A DNA stretch of 58,879 nt, filler included. It is 6 parts of 6 records of this genome, joined end to end, with 100 filler letters (N's around TTAATTAATTAA, not from the genome) between each part and the next. Parts side by side here need not be neighbours in the genome. Positions count along the whole stretch, not along the records: positions 1 to 6,842 come from DRR723986_4291; positions 6,943 to 25,755 come from DRR723986_4293; 4 more parts are not named here. One strand, given 5' to 3'. This document shows, piece by piece, positions 1-8,151 of this stretch (position 1 is its first letter; every line of letters begins with the position of its first letter). The position numbers and the translations under genes were made by a program. The notes beneath the pieces were generated by a model that searched no databases, was not told the DNA's origin, and saw only the letters and a program-made list of their open reading frames with translations.

Positions 1-1
1 C

Positions 2-292
2 ACCCACCAGCTGCGCGCCCATATGGCCGAGATCGGCCATCCGATCATCGGCGACGGCAAGTATGGCGGGTCCGGGCAAGAGAACCTCGGCGACGGCTGG
101 GGCGCGCAACTGGGCGGTGTGATCTCGCGCAAGCTGCATCTGCACGCGCGGACCATGGCCTTCCTGCATCCCGTGACCCGCAAGCCGGTGACTGTCCACG
201 CACCGCTGCCGGACCACATGGCGGCCTCGTGGGAGACGCTGGGCTGGGAAGAGGATTACGCCGATGAAGATCCCTTCGAGACGCTGAGATGA
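2..292 (+). CDS. RluA-family pseudouridine synthase, C-terminal fragment (5' cut by window edge)
   Basis: Frame from nt 2 reads THQLRAHMAEIGHPIIGDGKYG...LHLHAR, the RluA/C/D motifs; upstream of HAD and ATP12 genes as usual in alphaproteobacteria. Confidence 0.9.
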   Translation, partial: THQLRAHMAEIGHPIIGDGKYGGSGQENLGDGWGAQLGGVISRKLHLHARTMAFLHPVTRKPVTVHAPLPDHMAASWETLGWEEDYADEDPFETLR

Positions 293-963
293 CGCTGAAA
301 CTGGTGATCTTCGACGTCGACGGCACGCTCGTCGACAGTCAGGCCGACATCCTTGCCTCGATGGCGGCGGCCTTCGGCTCGGAAGGGCTGGCGCCGCCGT
401 CGCGCGACGCGGTGCTGGGCATCGTCGGCCTGTCGCTGCCCGTGGCCCTTGCGCGGCTTTTCCCCGAGGGCGACGCGCCCCGGATCGACCGCATGGTCGA
501 CGCCTACAAGGAGGCCTACATGGGCCTGCGCCTCAGCGGCGGCGCCGCGGCCTCTCCGCTCTTTCCGGGCATCCCCGCGCTGCTCGACCGCCTGTCGCAG
601 CGGGACGACCTTCTGCTGGGCATCGCCACGGGCAAATCCCGGCGCGGCTTGACGGCGCTGCTGGACGGACACGGGTTGTCCAAGCGGTTCGTGACCACGC
701 AGGTCGCCGACGACCATCCGTCCAAACCGCACCCCTCGATGATCTTCACCGCCCTGATGGAGGCCGGGGTCGAGGCCTCCGACGCCGTGATGATCGGCGA
801 CACCAGCTATGACATGGACATGGCCCGCGCGGCGGATGTGCGCGCCATCGGCGTGACATGGGGCTATCACCCGGCCACGGCCCTGACCGCGGCCAGCGCC
901 GTGGTCGCCGACGCCGAGGCGCTGGGTCAGGCCATCGACGCCTTTGCAGGAGCACCGGCATGA
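289..963 (+). CDS. HAD-IA family hydrolase (phosphoglycolate phosphatase-like)
   Basis: FDVDGTL motif I, ATGK, SKPHP, MIGDT motifs; ATGA overlap with upstream gene. Confidence 0.9.
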   Translation: MTLKLVIFDVDGTLVDSQADILASMAAAFGSEGLAPPSRDAVLGIVGLSLPVALARLFPEGDAPRIDRMVDAYKEAYMGLRLSGGAAASPLFPGIPALLDRLSQRDDLLLGIATGKSRRGLTALLDGHGLSKRFVTTQVADDHPSKPHPSMIFTALMEAGVEASDAVMIGDTSYDMDMARAADVRAIGVTWGYHPATALTAASAVVADAEALGQAIDAFAGAPA

Positions 964-1670
964 GCGAATGGGCCCCGAAACGGTTCTGGAAAACCGCGGA
1001 CGTCACACGGGTCGGCGAAGGCTGGACCGTCACGCTGGACGGACGCGGCATCAAGACGCCCGCCAAGACCGCGCTTGCGGTCCCGACCGAAGGCCTCGCC
1101 CGCGCCATCGCAGACGAATGGCAGGCGCAGGCCGAGAAGATCGACCCGGGCACCATGCCCTTCACGCGCATCGCGAATTCCGCGCTCGACAAGGTCGCGC
1201 CGCAGCACGCCGCTGTCGCCGACATGCTTGCGGCCTACGGCGACAGCGACCTGCTCTGCTACCGCGCCGCCGATCCCGCAGAACTGGTCGCGCGCCAGGC
1301 CGAACGCTGGGATCCGCTTCTGCATTGGGCGGCAGAGACCTTCGGCGCGCGCCTTCAGCCGCGGACCGGCGTCATGCACGCGCCGCAGGACCCCGAGGCG
1401 CTCTCGCGCCTCGCCCGTGAAGTCCACGCGCAGCCGCCCTTTGCCCTCGCCGCGTTCCACGATCTCGTCGCGATCTCGGGCTCTCTGGTTCTGGCGCTGG
1501 CGGTGATCCGGGGCGCTCGCGATCCGCATGACGCGTGGGAGCTCTCGCGGCTCGACGAGGCCTGGCAGGAAGAAGCATGGGGCGTCGATGAAGAGGCCGC
1601 CGAGGTCGCCGCCCGCAAACGGGCCGAATTCCTGTTGGCGGCGCAATTCCACGCCCTCTCAACGGTTTGA
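960..1670 (+). CDS. ATP12 family chaperone
   Basis: KRFWK...LDGRGIKTPAK...EWQAQ...MPFTRIANSALD...DLLCYRA; ATG at 960 overlaps the HAD stop. Confidence 0.9.
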   Translation: MSEWAPKRFWKTADVTRVGEGWTVTLDGRGIKTPAKTALAVPTEGLARAIADEWQAQAEKIDPGTMPFTRIANSALDKVAPQHAAVADMLAAYGDSDLLCYRAADPAELVARQAERWDPLLHWAAETFGARLQPRTGVMHAPQDPEALSRLAREVHAQPPFALAAFHDLVAISGSLVLALAVIRGARDPHDAWELSRLDEAWQEEAWGVDEEAAEVAARKRAEFLLAAQFHALSTV

Positions 1671-1863
1671 GCCGCGAAAGGCGATACGGTTTATTGACCG
1701 GGGAAGAGGGGTCCGTGCTTGACGCCTCAGCAGGATTCCGCCCACAGTGTGGTCACGTCGGGAGGGGGCGACCAAACGGGGGCATGGCCCGCGTTGGACG
1801 TCCGGTGACCGCAGGCCCCGGGGGCCGTCCAGAGCCGTCAGAATGCCGGAAACGAGAAGGTTT

Positions 1864-2871
1864 ATGCTGAAGACCCCTGCTTTCCTTGCCCTTTTCATGG
1901 CCGCGCAGGCCGCAGGCGCCGCTACGCTGGACGAGGTGAAGGCGCGTGGCACCCTGAACTGCGGCGTGAATGCCGGTCTCGCCGGATTTGCCTCGAAGGA
2001 CGATGCCGGGAACTGGACCGGCTTCGACGTGGGCTTCTGCCGCGCCATCGCGGCGGCGGTGCTGGGTGATCCGCAGGCCGTGGCCTTCGTCGAAACCACG
2101 CCCCGCTCGCGCTTTACCCTGCTGAACGGCGGCGACGTCGACGTCCTGTCGCGCAACACCACATGGAGCTTCGTCACCGACGTCGAGCTGCAGGTGAACT
2201 TCGCCGGGATCGTCTACTACGACGGGCAGGGCTTCATGGTGCCCAAGGCGCTTGGGGTCAGCTCTGCGACCGAGCTTGCGGGCAAGTCGGTCTGCGTGCA
2301 TTCCGAAACCACCTCGGCGTTGAACATGCGCGAGTATTTCAGCCGCCTGAACATGAGCGTCGAGGCGATCCCGGTCGAGACCACGGCAGAGGCGCAGGCC
2401 ATGTATCTGGCCGGCGACTGCGACGTCTACACCTCGGATGCCTCGCAGCTGGCCGCCATCCGCGCCACCTTCGAAACGCCGGGCGACCACGTCCTGCTGC
2501 AGGACATCATCTCGAAAGAGCCGCTGGGCCCCGTGGTCCGCCATGGCGACGACGGCTGGGGCGACGTGGTGCGCTGGGTGCTCAACGCGCTGATCTCGGC
2601 CGAGGAACTGGGCGTGACATCGGCCAATATCGACGAGTTGATGCAGGGCACCAACAACCCCGAGATCGACCGCCTGCTGGGCACCACCGGGCGGTTGGGC
2701 GACATGCTGGGGCTGGACGCGCAATGGGCCGCGCGGGCGATCAAGGCGGGCGGCAACTACGGTGAGCTTTTTGCCCGCCACATCGGCGAGAAGACCCCGA
2801 TCGGGCTGTCGCGCGGGCTGAACCTGCAGTGGACCGAAGGCGGGTTGCTCTACTCGCCGCCCTTCCGCTAG
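1864..2871 (+). CDS. AapJ/BztA-family amino acid ABC transporter substrate-binding protein (orphan, divergent)
   Basis: Signal peptide, LNCGVN, GFDVGFCRAIAAA, SRNTTW, YYDGQGFMV, ISKEPLGP, GNYGE, GGLLYSPPFR; RBS GAGAAGG before ATG 1864. Confidence 0.9.
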   Translation: MLKTPAFLALFMAAQAAGAATLDEVKARGTLNCGVNAGLAGFASKDDAGNWTGFDVGFCRAIAAAVLGDPQAVAFVETTPRSRFTLLNGGDVDVLSRNTTWSFVTDVELQVNFAGIVYYDGQGFMVPKALGVSSATELAGKSVCVHSETTSALNMREYFSRLNMSVEAIPVETTAEAQAMYLAGDCDVYTSDASQLAAIRATFETPGDHVLLQDIISKEPLGPVVRHGDDGWGDVVRWVLNALISAEELGVTSANIDELMQGTNNPEIDRLLGTTGRLGDMLGLDAQWAARAIKAGGNYGELFARHIGEKTPIGLSRGLNLQWTEGGLLYSPPFR

Positions 2872-2875
2872 GCGG

Positions 2876-3364
2876 TCAGTCGGTCAGATCGCGCGGCACG
2901 ATGAAATCGACCACCCGCCCGGTCCCGAGGTGCAATTCGTCCCACCGCTCGATGTCGAAATCCGCGACCAGCGTGGCGCCGGTCGGATAGGCCTGAAAGC
3001 GGGCGTGATCCGGCGTGCGTTCCACCAGTTCGGCAGCGAAATCTCCGATTCCGGGGTTGTGGCCCAACAGCAGAACGCGCGCGCCCGACGCGCGCTTCAG
3101 CACCGCCTCGAGCCCTTCTGAATCGGCCAGATACAGCGCGCGGTCGAAGGTCGCCTGCGCCTTGATCTCCAACCGCTCCAGCGTTTCGCAGGTGCGGCGG
3201 GCGCTGGAACACAGGACCGCATCCGGCAGGTGGCCGTTCTGACGCAGCCAGTCGCCAAGAACCGTGGCCGCGGCGCGCCCGCGCGCGTTCAGGGGGCGGT
3301 CGTGGTCCTCTTGTCCGGTTTTCCAGTCGGATTTGGCATGGCGCATCAGGATCAGGCGTTTCAT
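2876..3364 (-). CDS. sixA: SixA-type histidine phosphatase
   Basis: LILMRHAKS, DHDRPLNARG, SSARR, GHNPG. Confidence 0.85.
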   Translation of the reverse strand: MKRLILMRHAKSDWKTGQEDHDRPLNARGRAAATVLGDWLRQNGHLPDAVLCSSARRTCETLERLEIKAQATFDRALYLADSEGLEAVLKRASGARVLLLGHNPGIGDFAAELVERTPDHARFQAYPTGATLVADFDIERWDELHLGTGRVVDFIVPRDLTD

Positions 3365-4020
3365 GGCATCCAGTTTCGCATGAAGGCGGATTGGTGGAAA
3401 GCAGACTGCTCCGGCAGGCGGGCGAAATCCACCGCCACCGGGCAGGCGCGGCGGACAAGGCAGCCGCTCCGGCAGGCGACGCCCGCACCGCTGGCGATAT
3501 GCGCCTTGCAGCGGGGAACGTCATAGGGCCCATCGCGCGAAAGCGCGCCCACGGGGCAGGCGGTTTCGCAGGGGCGCGCGCAGGCGGGGCAGGGGTTGGA
3601 GGGCGGTTCCGGCAAGTCCAGCCGCTCCGGCAAGGCCAAGGCCGCGCGGTAACTGATGAACAACCCCGCCTCGGATTGCACGAGCGGCCCGACGGGAGAG
3701 GGCCACGCGGTGCCCGTGCGCTCTGCCCAGCGGATGAAGGGCGCGTAGGGCGGTCCGTCCGAGGGGTAAAGCGCGCGGGCGCCCTGTTCGTGGGCCAATG
3801 CGTCGATCACCCGCCGTGACCAGCGGTCGAGCGGGTCGGGCCGGCGGTCGGCATACTCCGGCGCGGCGGTGAAGATCGCCCAGAAGCGCGGCTCGTCCGG
3901 GCCGAGCATGACGATGGTCCCCGTGCCCTCTGGGGCGTGATCACCGGCTGCGGGGTGAAAGGCGCCCCGCAGGGCGAGGCCGCGTTGCCGCGCGGCCTCC
4001 GAGAGATCAGTGAGGCTCAC
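3361..4020 (-). CDS. 4Fe-4S ferredoxin-domain protein (QueG-like, uncharacterised)
   Basis: [17 protein letters not shown] and second Cys cluster C...[20 protein letters not shown] and SYRAAL motifs. Confidence 0.75.
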   Translation of the reverse strand: MSLTDLSEAARQRGLALRGAFHPAAGDHAPEGTGTIVMLGPDEPRFWAIFTAAPEYADRRPDPLDRWSRRVIDALAHEQGARALYPSDGPPYAPFIRWAERTGTAWPSPVGPLVQSEAGLFISYRAALALPERLDLPEPPSNPCPACARPCETACPVGALSRDGPYDVPRCKAHIASGAGVACRSGCLVRRACPVAVDFARLPEQSAFHQSAFMRNWMP

Positions 4021-4909
4021 GCCGCGGGGTCAGCGAGGGCAGGTCGGGCTGGCGGATCATGGAGCCCGACCCGTGTTCCGTGAACAACTCCAGCAGGCAG
4101 GCGTTCGACACCCGGCCGTCGACGATGACGACGGCGCGCACGCCTTCCTCCAGCGCCTTGAGCGCGGTCTCGGTCTTGGGGATCATGCCGCCCGCGATCA
4201 CGCCCTCGGCGGTCAGCCGGCGGATGTCGTCGGGCACCAGTTCCGTCACCACCTCGCCGCTGCCGTCCTTCACGCCGGCCACATCGGTCAGAAGCAGCAG
4301 GCGGTCGGCCTTGAGCGCGCCAGCGATGGCGCCCGCCGCCGTGTCGCCGTTGACGTTGAAGGTCTCCAGCGGGTCCATGCCGGTCGCCACCGGGGCCACC
4401 ACGGGGATGATCCCGGCGGTGAAGAGGTCGCGCAGCACCTGCACGTTCATCTCGATCGGGCGCCCGACGAAGCCCAGTTCCGGGTCGTCCGCCTCGCAGA
4501 CCATCAGGTCGTCGTCCTTGCCCGACAGGCCGACGGCGCGCCCGCCCTCGTCCATGATCGCCTGCACGATGCGCTTGTTCACGAGGCCGGTCAGCACCAT
4601 CTCGACCACCTCGACGGTGGCCTGATCGGTGACGCGCTTGCCGCGCACGAACTCGGACTTGATGCCCAGCTTGTCGAGCATCTCGTTGATCATCGGGCCG
4701 CCGCCGTGCACCACGACGGGGTTCACGCCGACCTGCCGCATCAGCACGATGTCGCGGGCGAATTCCGCCATGGCATCGGCGTCGCCCATGGCGTTGCCGC
4801 CGAACTTCACCACGACCACGGCGCCCGAGTAGCGTTGCATGTAGGGCAGGGCCTCTGACAGCGTCTTGGCGGTGGCTTTCCAGTCTTTGTTCATGTTGCG
4901 CGGTCTCAT
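4007..4909 (-). CDS. argB: Acetylglutamate kinase
   Basis: [38 protein letters not shown]. Confidence 0.95.
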   Translation of the reverse strand: MRPRNMNKDWKATAKTLSEALPYMQRYSGAVVVVKFGGNAMGDADAMAEFARDIVLMRQVGVNPVVVHGGGPMINEMLDKLGIKSEFVRGKRVTDQATVEVVEMVLTGLVNKRIVQAIMDEGGRAVGLSGKDDDLMVCEADDPELGFVGRPIEMNVQVLRDLFTAGIIPVVAPVATGMDPLETFNVNGDTAAGAIAGALKADRLLLLTDVAGVKDGSGEVVTELVPDDIRRLTAEGVIAGGMIPKTETALKALEEGVRAVVIVDGRVSNACLLELFTEHGSGSMIRQPDLPSLTPRREPH

Positions 4910-4975
4910 CCGGTCATTCCCTGTTCGGTCGCGCGGAGAATGCCCCGCGCCGCAGGGGATTTCTAGGGGGCGGCG

Positions 4976-5626
4976 TCAGGTCAGCCCGGCGATGATGGCG
5001 CGTAGCGTCGCGATGCCCTCGCCCTTTTCGGAACTGGTCAGCACAAGCTCGGGATAGGCGGCGGGATGTTTCGCCAGCTTCTCGCGCACCTGCGCGAGGA
5101 TCTTCTCGCGGTCCTTCTCGTGGACCTTGTCGGCCTTGGTCAGCACCACCTGAAAGGTCACGGCGGACTTGTCGAGCAGGGTCAGGATCTCTTCGTCCAC
5201 CGCCTTGATGCCGTGGCGCATGTCGATCAGCACGAAAGCCCGGCGCAGCGACACGCGCCCCGCCAGATAGGCCTTCAGCAGGGCCTGCCATTTGGCCACC
5301 ACGGCGACCGGCGCATTGGCGAAACCATAGCCGGGCAGGTCGACGAGAAAGCGCTCCTCACCCAGCGTGAAATAGTTGATCTCTTGCGTGCGGCCCGGCG
5401 TGTTCGAGGCGCGCGCTAGCGCCTTGCGGCCCGTCAGCGCATTAATGAGGCTGGATTTTCCGACGTTCGAACGCCCGGCAAAGCAGACCTCTGCCCGATC
5501 GTCCGGGGGCAGGCCATCCATGGCCACGACGCCCTTGAGGAAATCGACGTCGCCGGCGAACAGCTTTCGCGCGGCTTCGCGCTCTGCTTCTTCGGGCTCA
5601 TCGGCGAGGGGGAAGGGTAGTTGCAT
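4976..5626 (-). CDS. yihA: Ribosome biogenesis GTP-binding protein YihA/YsxC (EngB)
   Basis: GRSNVGKSSLIN, TPGRT, DLPGYG, TKAD. Confidence 0.95.
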   Translation of the reverse strand: MQLPFPLADEPEEAEREAARKLFAGDVDFLKGVVAMDGLPPDDRAEVCFAGRSNVGKSSLINALTGRKALARASNTPGRTQEINYFTLGEERFLVDLPGYGFANAPVAVVAKWQALLKAYLAGRVSLRRAFVLIDMRHGIKAVDEEILTLLDKSAVTFQVVLTKADKVHEKDREKILAQVREKLAKHPAAYPELVLTSSEKGEGIATLRAIIAGLT

Positions 5627-5627
5627 C

Positions 5628-6371
5628 TTACAGTCGCTCCACGCGGTCGCCCGGGGCGATGCGGCCGCCCTCGATCACCTCGGCCCGGACGGTGAAGTCG
5701 CGGTGCCCCCAGGTGTCGAGCGCGCCGAGCACGTCGGTATCGCGCGCCCCGGTCTCTGGGTTGTTGTGGGTGGCAAGGCAGCGGTCGGTGCGCTCGCGGA
5801 CCTTCAGGACCGCCGTGCCCACGCGGATCTCGCGGTCCAGCCAGTCGAATTCCTCCCACGGGGCGAGGTTCTCGACCCACAGGTTGCAGCGCCAGCGGTG
5901 GATGGACAGCGGATGTCCGACCCGCTGCTCCACCGCCCGGTGCGAAGAGAGGTTGCCCAGCGTGATCGAGGCGAAGTCGCTGTCGGTAAAGCCACGCTGC
6001 GCGCCGCGCACCACCCGCGCCGATGGCGCGCGGTTGGCGGGGATGAAGCCGCCGGCCCAGTCGATCAAGCGCTGACCCTCGGTATCGGGGTTCAGCGTCA
6101 GATCCTCGCGGTCGGGGTGTGACAGAGTGACGGTGCCAGCCCCCTCGTCGGTCCGGGCGCCGATGGCGGCAAGGCCCGGCGCCTTGGAGCCGCGAGAGAA
6201 ATGCTGGCACCCGACCCAGACGGCGCCATCGGCGTCGGATTGGTCGTGGGTCACGGCCCAAATCCGGTCCCAGGGCAGGGTCTGGCCGGGGCTCAACAAG
6301 GCAGAAGCCACGGACTCGCGTCCGTGGCTCTTGATGGGGAAGCGCCAGATCTGATCCAGCCTGCCGGTCAT
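5628..6371 (-). CDS. MOSC domain protein
   Basis: WRFPIKS, WDRIWAV, RWRCNL, WEEFDW, TDRCLAT; usual position between yidC and yihA. Confidence 0.85.
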   Translation of the reverse strand: MTGRLDQIWRFPIKSHGRESVASALLSPGQTLPWDRIWAVTHDQSDADGAVWVGCQHFSRGSKAPGLAAIGARTDEGAGTVTLSHPDREDLTLNPDTEGQRLIDWAGGFIPANRAPSARVVRGAQRGFTDSDFASITLGNLSSHRAVEQRVGHPLSIHRWRCNLWVENLAPWEEFDWLDREIRVGTAVLKVRERTDRCLATHNNPETGARDTDVLGALDTWGHRDFTVRAEVIEGGRIAPGDRVERL

Positions 6372-6842
6372 TTGCCGCCCGGCTTGGAGGTCGAATTGGC
6401 GGCCTTGGCGTCACCCTTGGGCTTCTTGCCGAAGCTGGACTTGATGTTGCCCAGAAGGTCCGGCTTGTACCCGTGCTGGCGCATGATCAGGTACTGCTGG
6501 GTGAAGGTGATCAGGTTGTTCGCAATCCAGTAGACCACGAGGCCCGAGGCGAAGCCGCCCAGCATGAACATGAAGACCCATGGCATCCAGGCAAAGATCA
6601 TCTGCTGCGTCGGATCGGTGGGCGCCGGGTTCAGTTTCTGTTGCAGCCACATCGAGATGCCCAGCAGCAGCGGCAGGATGCCGATGAAGATCAGCGCCAT
6701 GAAGCTTTGCGGATCGGGCGCGGCCCAGGGCAGCAGGCCGAAGAGGTTGAAGATCGAGGTCGGATCCGGTGCGCTGAGGTCCTGGAACGGCCCGAAGAAG
6801 GGCGCATGCCGCAGTTCCAGCGTGACGAAGATCACCTTGTAG
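6368..6842 (-). CDS. yidC: Membrane protein insertase YidC, C-terminal fragment (5' cut by contig end)
   Basis: IFVTLELRHAPF, DLSAPDP, QKLNPAPTDPTQ, GLVVYWIANN. Confidence 0.93.
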
Positions 6843-6942
6843 NNNNNNNNNNNNNNNNNNNNNNNNNNNNNNNNNNNNNNNNNNNNTTAATTAATTAANN
6901 NNNNNNNNNNNNNNNNNNNNNNNNNNNNNNNNNNNNNNNNNN
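6843..6942. other. Artificial contig spacer (N-run, TTAATTAATTAA at 6887-6898, N-run)
   Basis: 100-nt spacer with stops in all six frames; genes on both sides are truncated. Confidence 0.97.
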
Positions 6943-6943
6943 T

Positions 6944-7564
6944 TTCGATATTGCCTATCTGGCCAATTTGCCCGGCATGGTGGTGATGGCCGCCGGTGAC
7001 GAGGCCGAATTGCGCCGCATGGTGGCCACCGCCGCCGCCCATGACGGCGGGCCCATCGCCTTTCGCTACCCCCGCGGCGAGGGCAGCGGCGCCAGCCTAG
7101 AGGGGCCCGCCCTGCCCTTGACCATCGGCAAAGGCCGGGTGCTGTGCGAGGGCACGCAGGTGGCGCTGCTGTCTTTTGGCGCGCATCTGCCCGAGGTGCT
7201 GGCCGCGGCCACCTTACTTGCGCAGCAGGGCGTGTCGTGCACCGTGGCCGATGCCCGGTTTGCCAAGCCGCTTGATCATGATCTGATCGATCAGCTGGTG
7301 GCCCATCACCGTGCGGTGCTGACCATCGAACAGGGGGCAGTGGGCGGGTTTGGTGCGCAGGTGCTGCACTATCTGGCCGAAACCGGGCAATTGCAAAGCG
7401 GCGCGGCCCTGCGCAGCCTTGTGCTGCCCGACCAATTCATCGACCAAGCCAGCCCCGAGGCCATGTATGCCGCAGCCGGGCTGACTGCCGATAAAATTGC
7501 AGCCCTAGCGCTGCGCATGATCGGGGTGGAAAGCCTGCAGTTACACCGCGGCGAGGCGCGATAA
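6944..7564 (+). CDS. dxs: 1-deoxy-D-xylulose-5-phosphate synthase, C-terminal fragment
   Basis: [52 protein letters not shown]. Confidence 0.92.
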   Translation, partial: FDIAYLANLPGMVVMAAGDEAELRRMVATAAAHDGGPIAFRYPRGEGSGASLEGPALPLTIGKGRVLCEGTQVALLSFGAHLPEVLAAATLLAQQGVSCTVADARFAKPLDHDLIDQLVAHHRAVLTIEQGAVGGFGAQVLHYLAETGQLQSGAALRSLVLPDQFIDQASPEAMYAAAGLTADKIAALALRMIGVESLQLHRGEAR

Positions 7565-7569
7565 GCCCG

Positions 7570-8151
7570 TTACAGGCGGTGCGTATAGGGCTGGATGATG
7601 GCCAGCACACAATCGCTGCCATCTTCGCCCAGCTCCAGCCGCGCCATGCGAATATCGCACATGGCATAGTGATCGGGCTGGCTGTCGCACAGGCTGACCG
7701 CGCGCACATCGGCACTGGCCCCCAGCCGGCAATCGGCCAAGGCCAGCGAAATACGGTCTTGATCGATGCGGTTTTCGCCAAAATGGCGGATATAGCGCAC
7801 CGCCGTGCTTTCGCTAAAGCGCTGCGGAAAGAGGCTGCGGAATTTGTGGTTTTCCGCCGTCAGCACGCCACTGCCCAAATCGATCAGCCCGGCGGCCACG
7901 GGCATGTAGAAAAAGATCTGTTCGAACTTGCGGCGTTCAGCCTCGAGCGCGGCATTGGCCTCGCGCAGCTGCTCGGCCTGCACCTCGATTTCAACCTGAT
8001 GGGTTAGCAGATCTAGCGACAATTCATTCAGGTCCAGAACCTCGCGTTTTAGCAAGGTTTCCAGCGTGGGCAGTTTGCCCTCTTTCAACAACGCCTCGAT
8101 CCGGGCGCGTGCAATTTCCTCTGGTGCGCGTGCCCTGCCCTTGTCGGTCAT
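7570..8151 (-). CDS. Coiled-coil + PAS-like protein, partner of the CheB/CheR fusion; no output domain
   Basis: LLTHQVEIEVQAEQLREANAALEAERRKFEQIFFYMPVA resembles the HQIELEMQNEEL...DLYDLAPVG N-terminus of kinases encoded beside CheBR fusions; ATGA-coupled to the CheBR gene. Confidence 0.6.
   Translation of the reverse strand: MTDKGRARAPEEIARARIEALLKEGKLPTLETLLKREVLDLNELSLDLLTHQVEIEVQAEQLREANAALEAERRKFEQIFFYMPVAAGLIDLGSGVLTAENHKFRSLFPQRFSESTAVRYIRHFGENRIDQDRISLALADCRLGASADVRAVSLCDSQPDHYAMCDIRMARLELGEDGSDCVLAIIQPYTHRL

Noticed and set aside
6887-6898. TTAATTAATTAA palindrome repeated five times across the window
   Set aside because: Always embedded in N-runs; a six-frame-stop assembly linker, not a biological repeat or CRISPR
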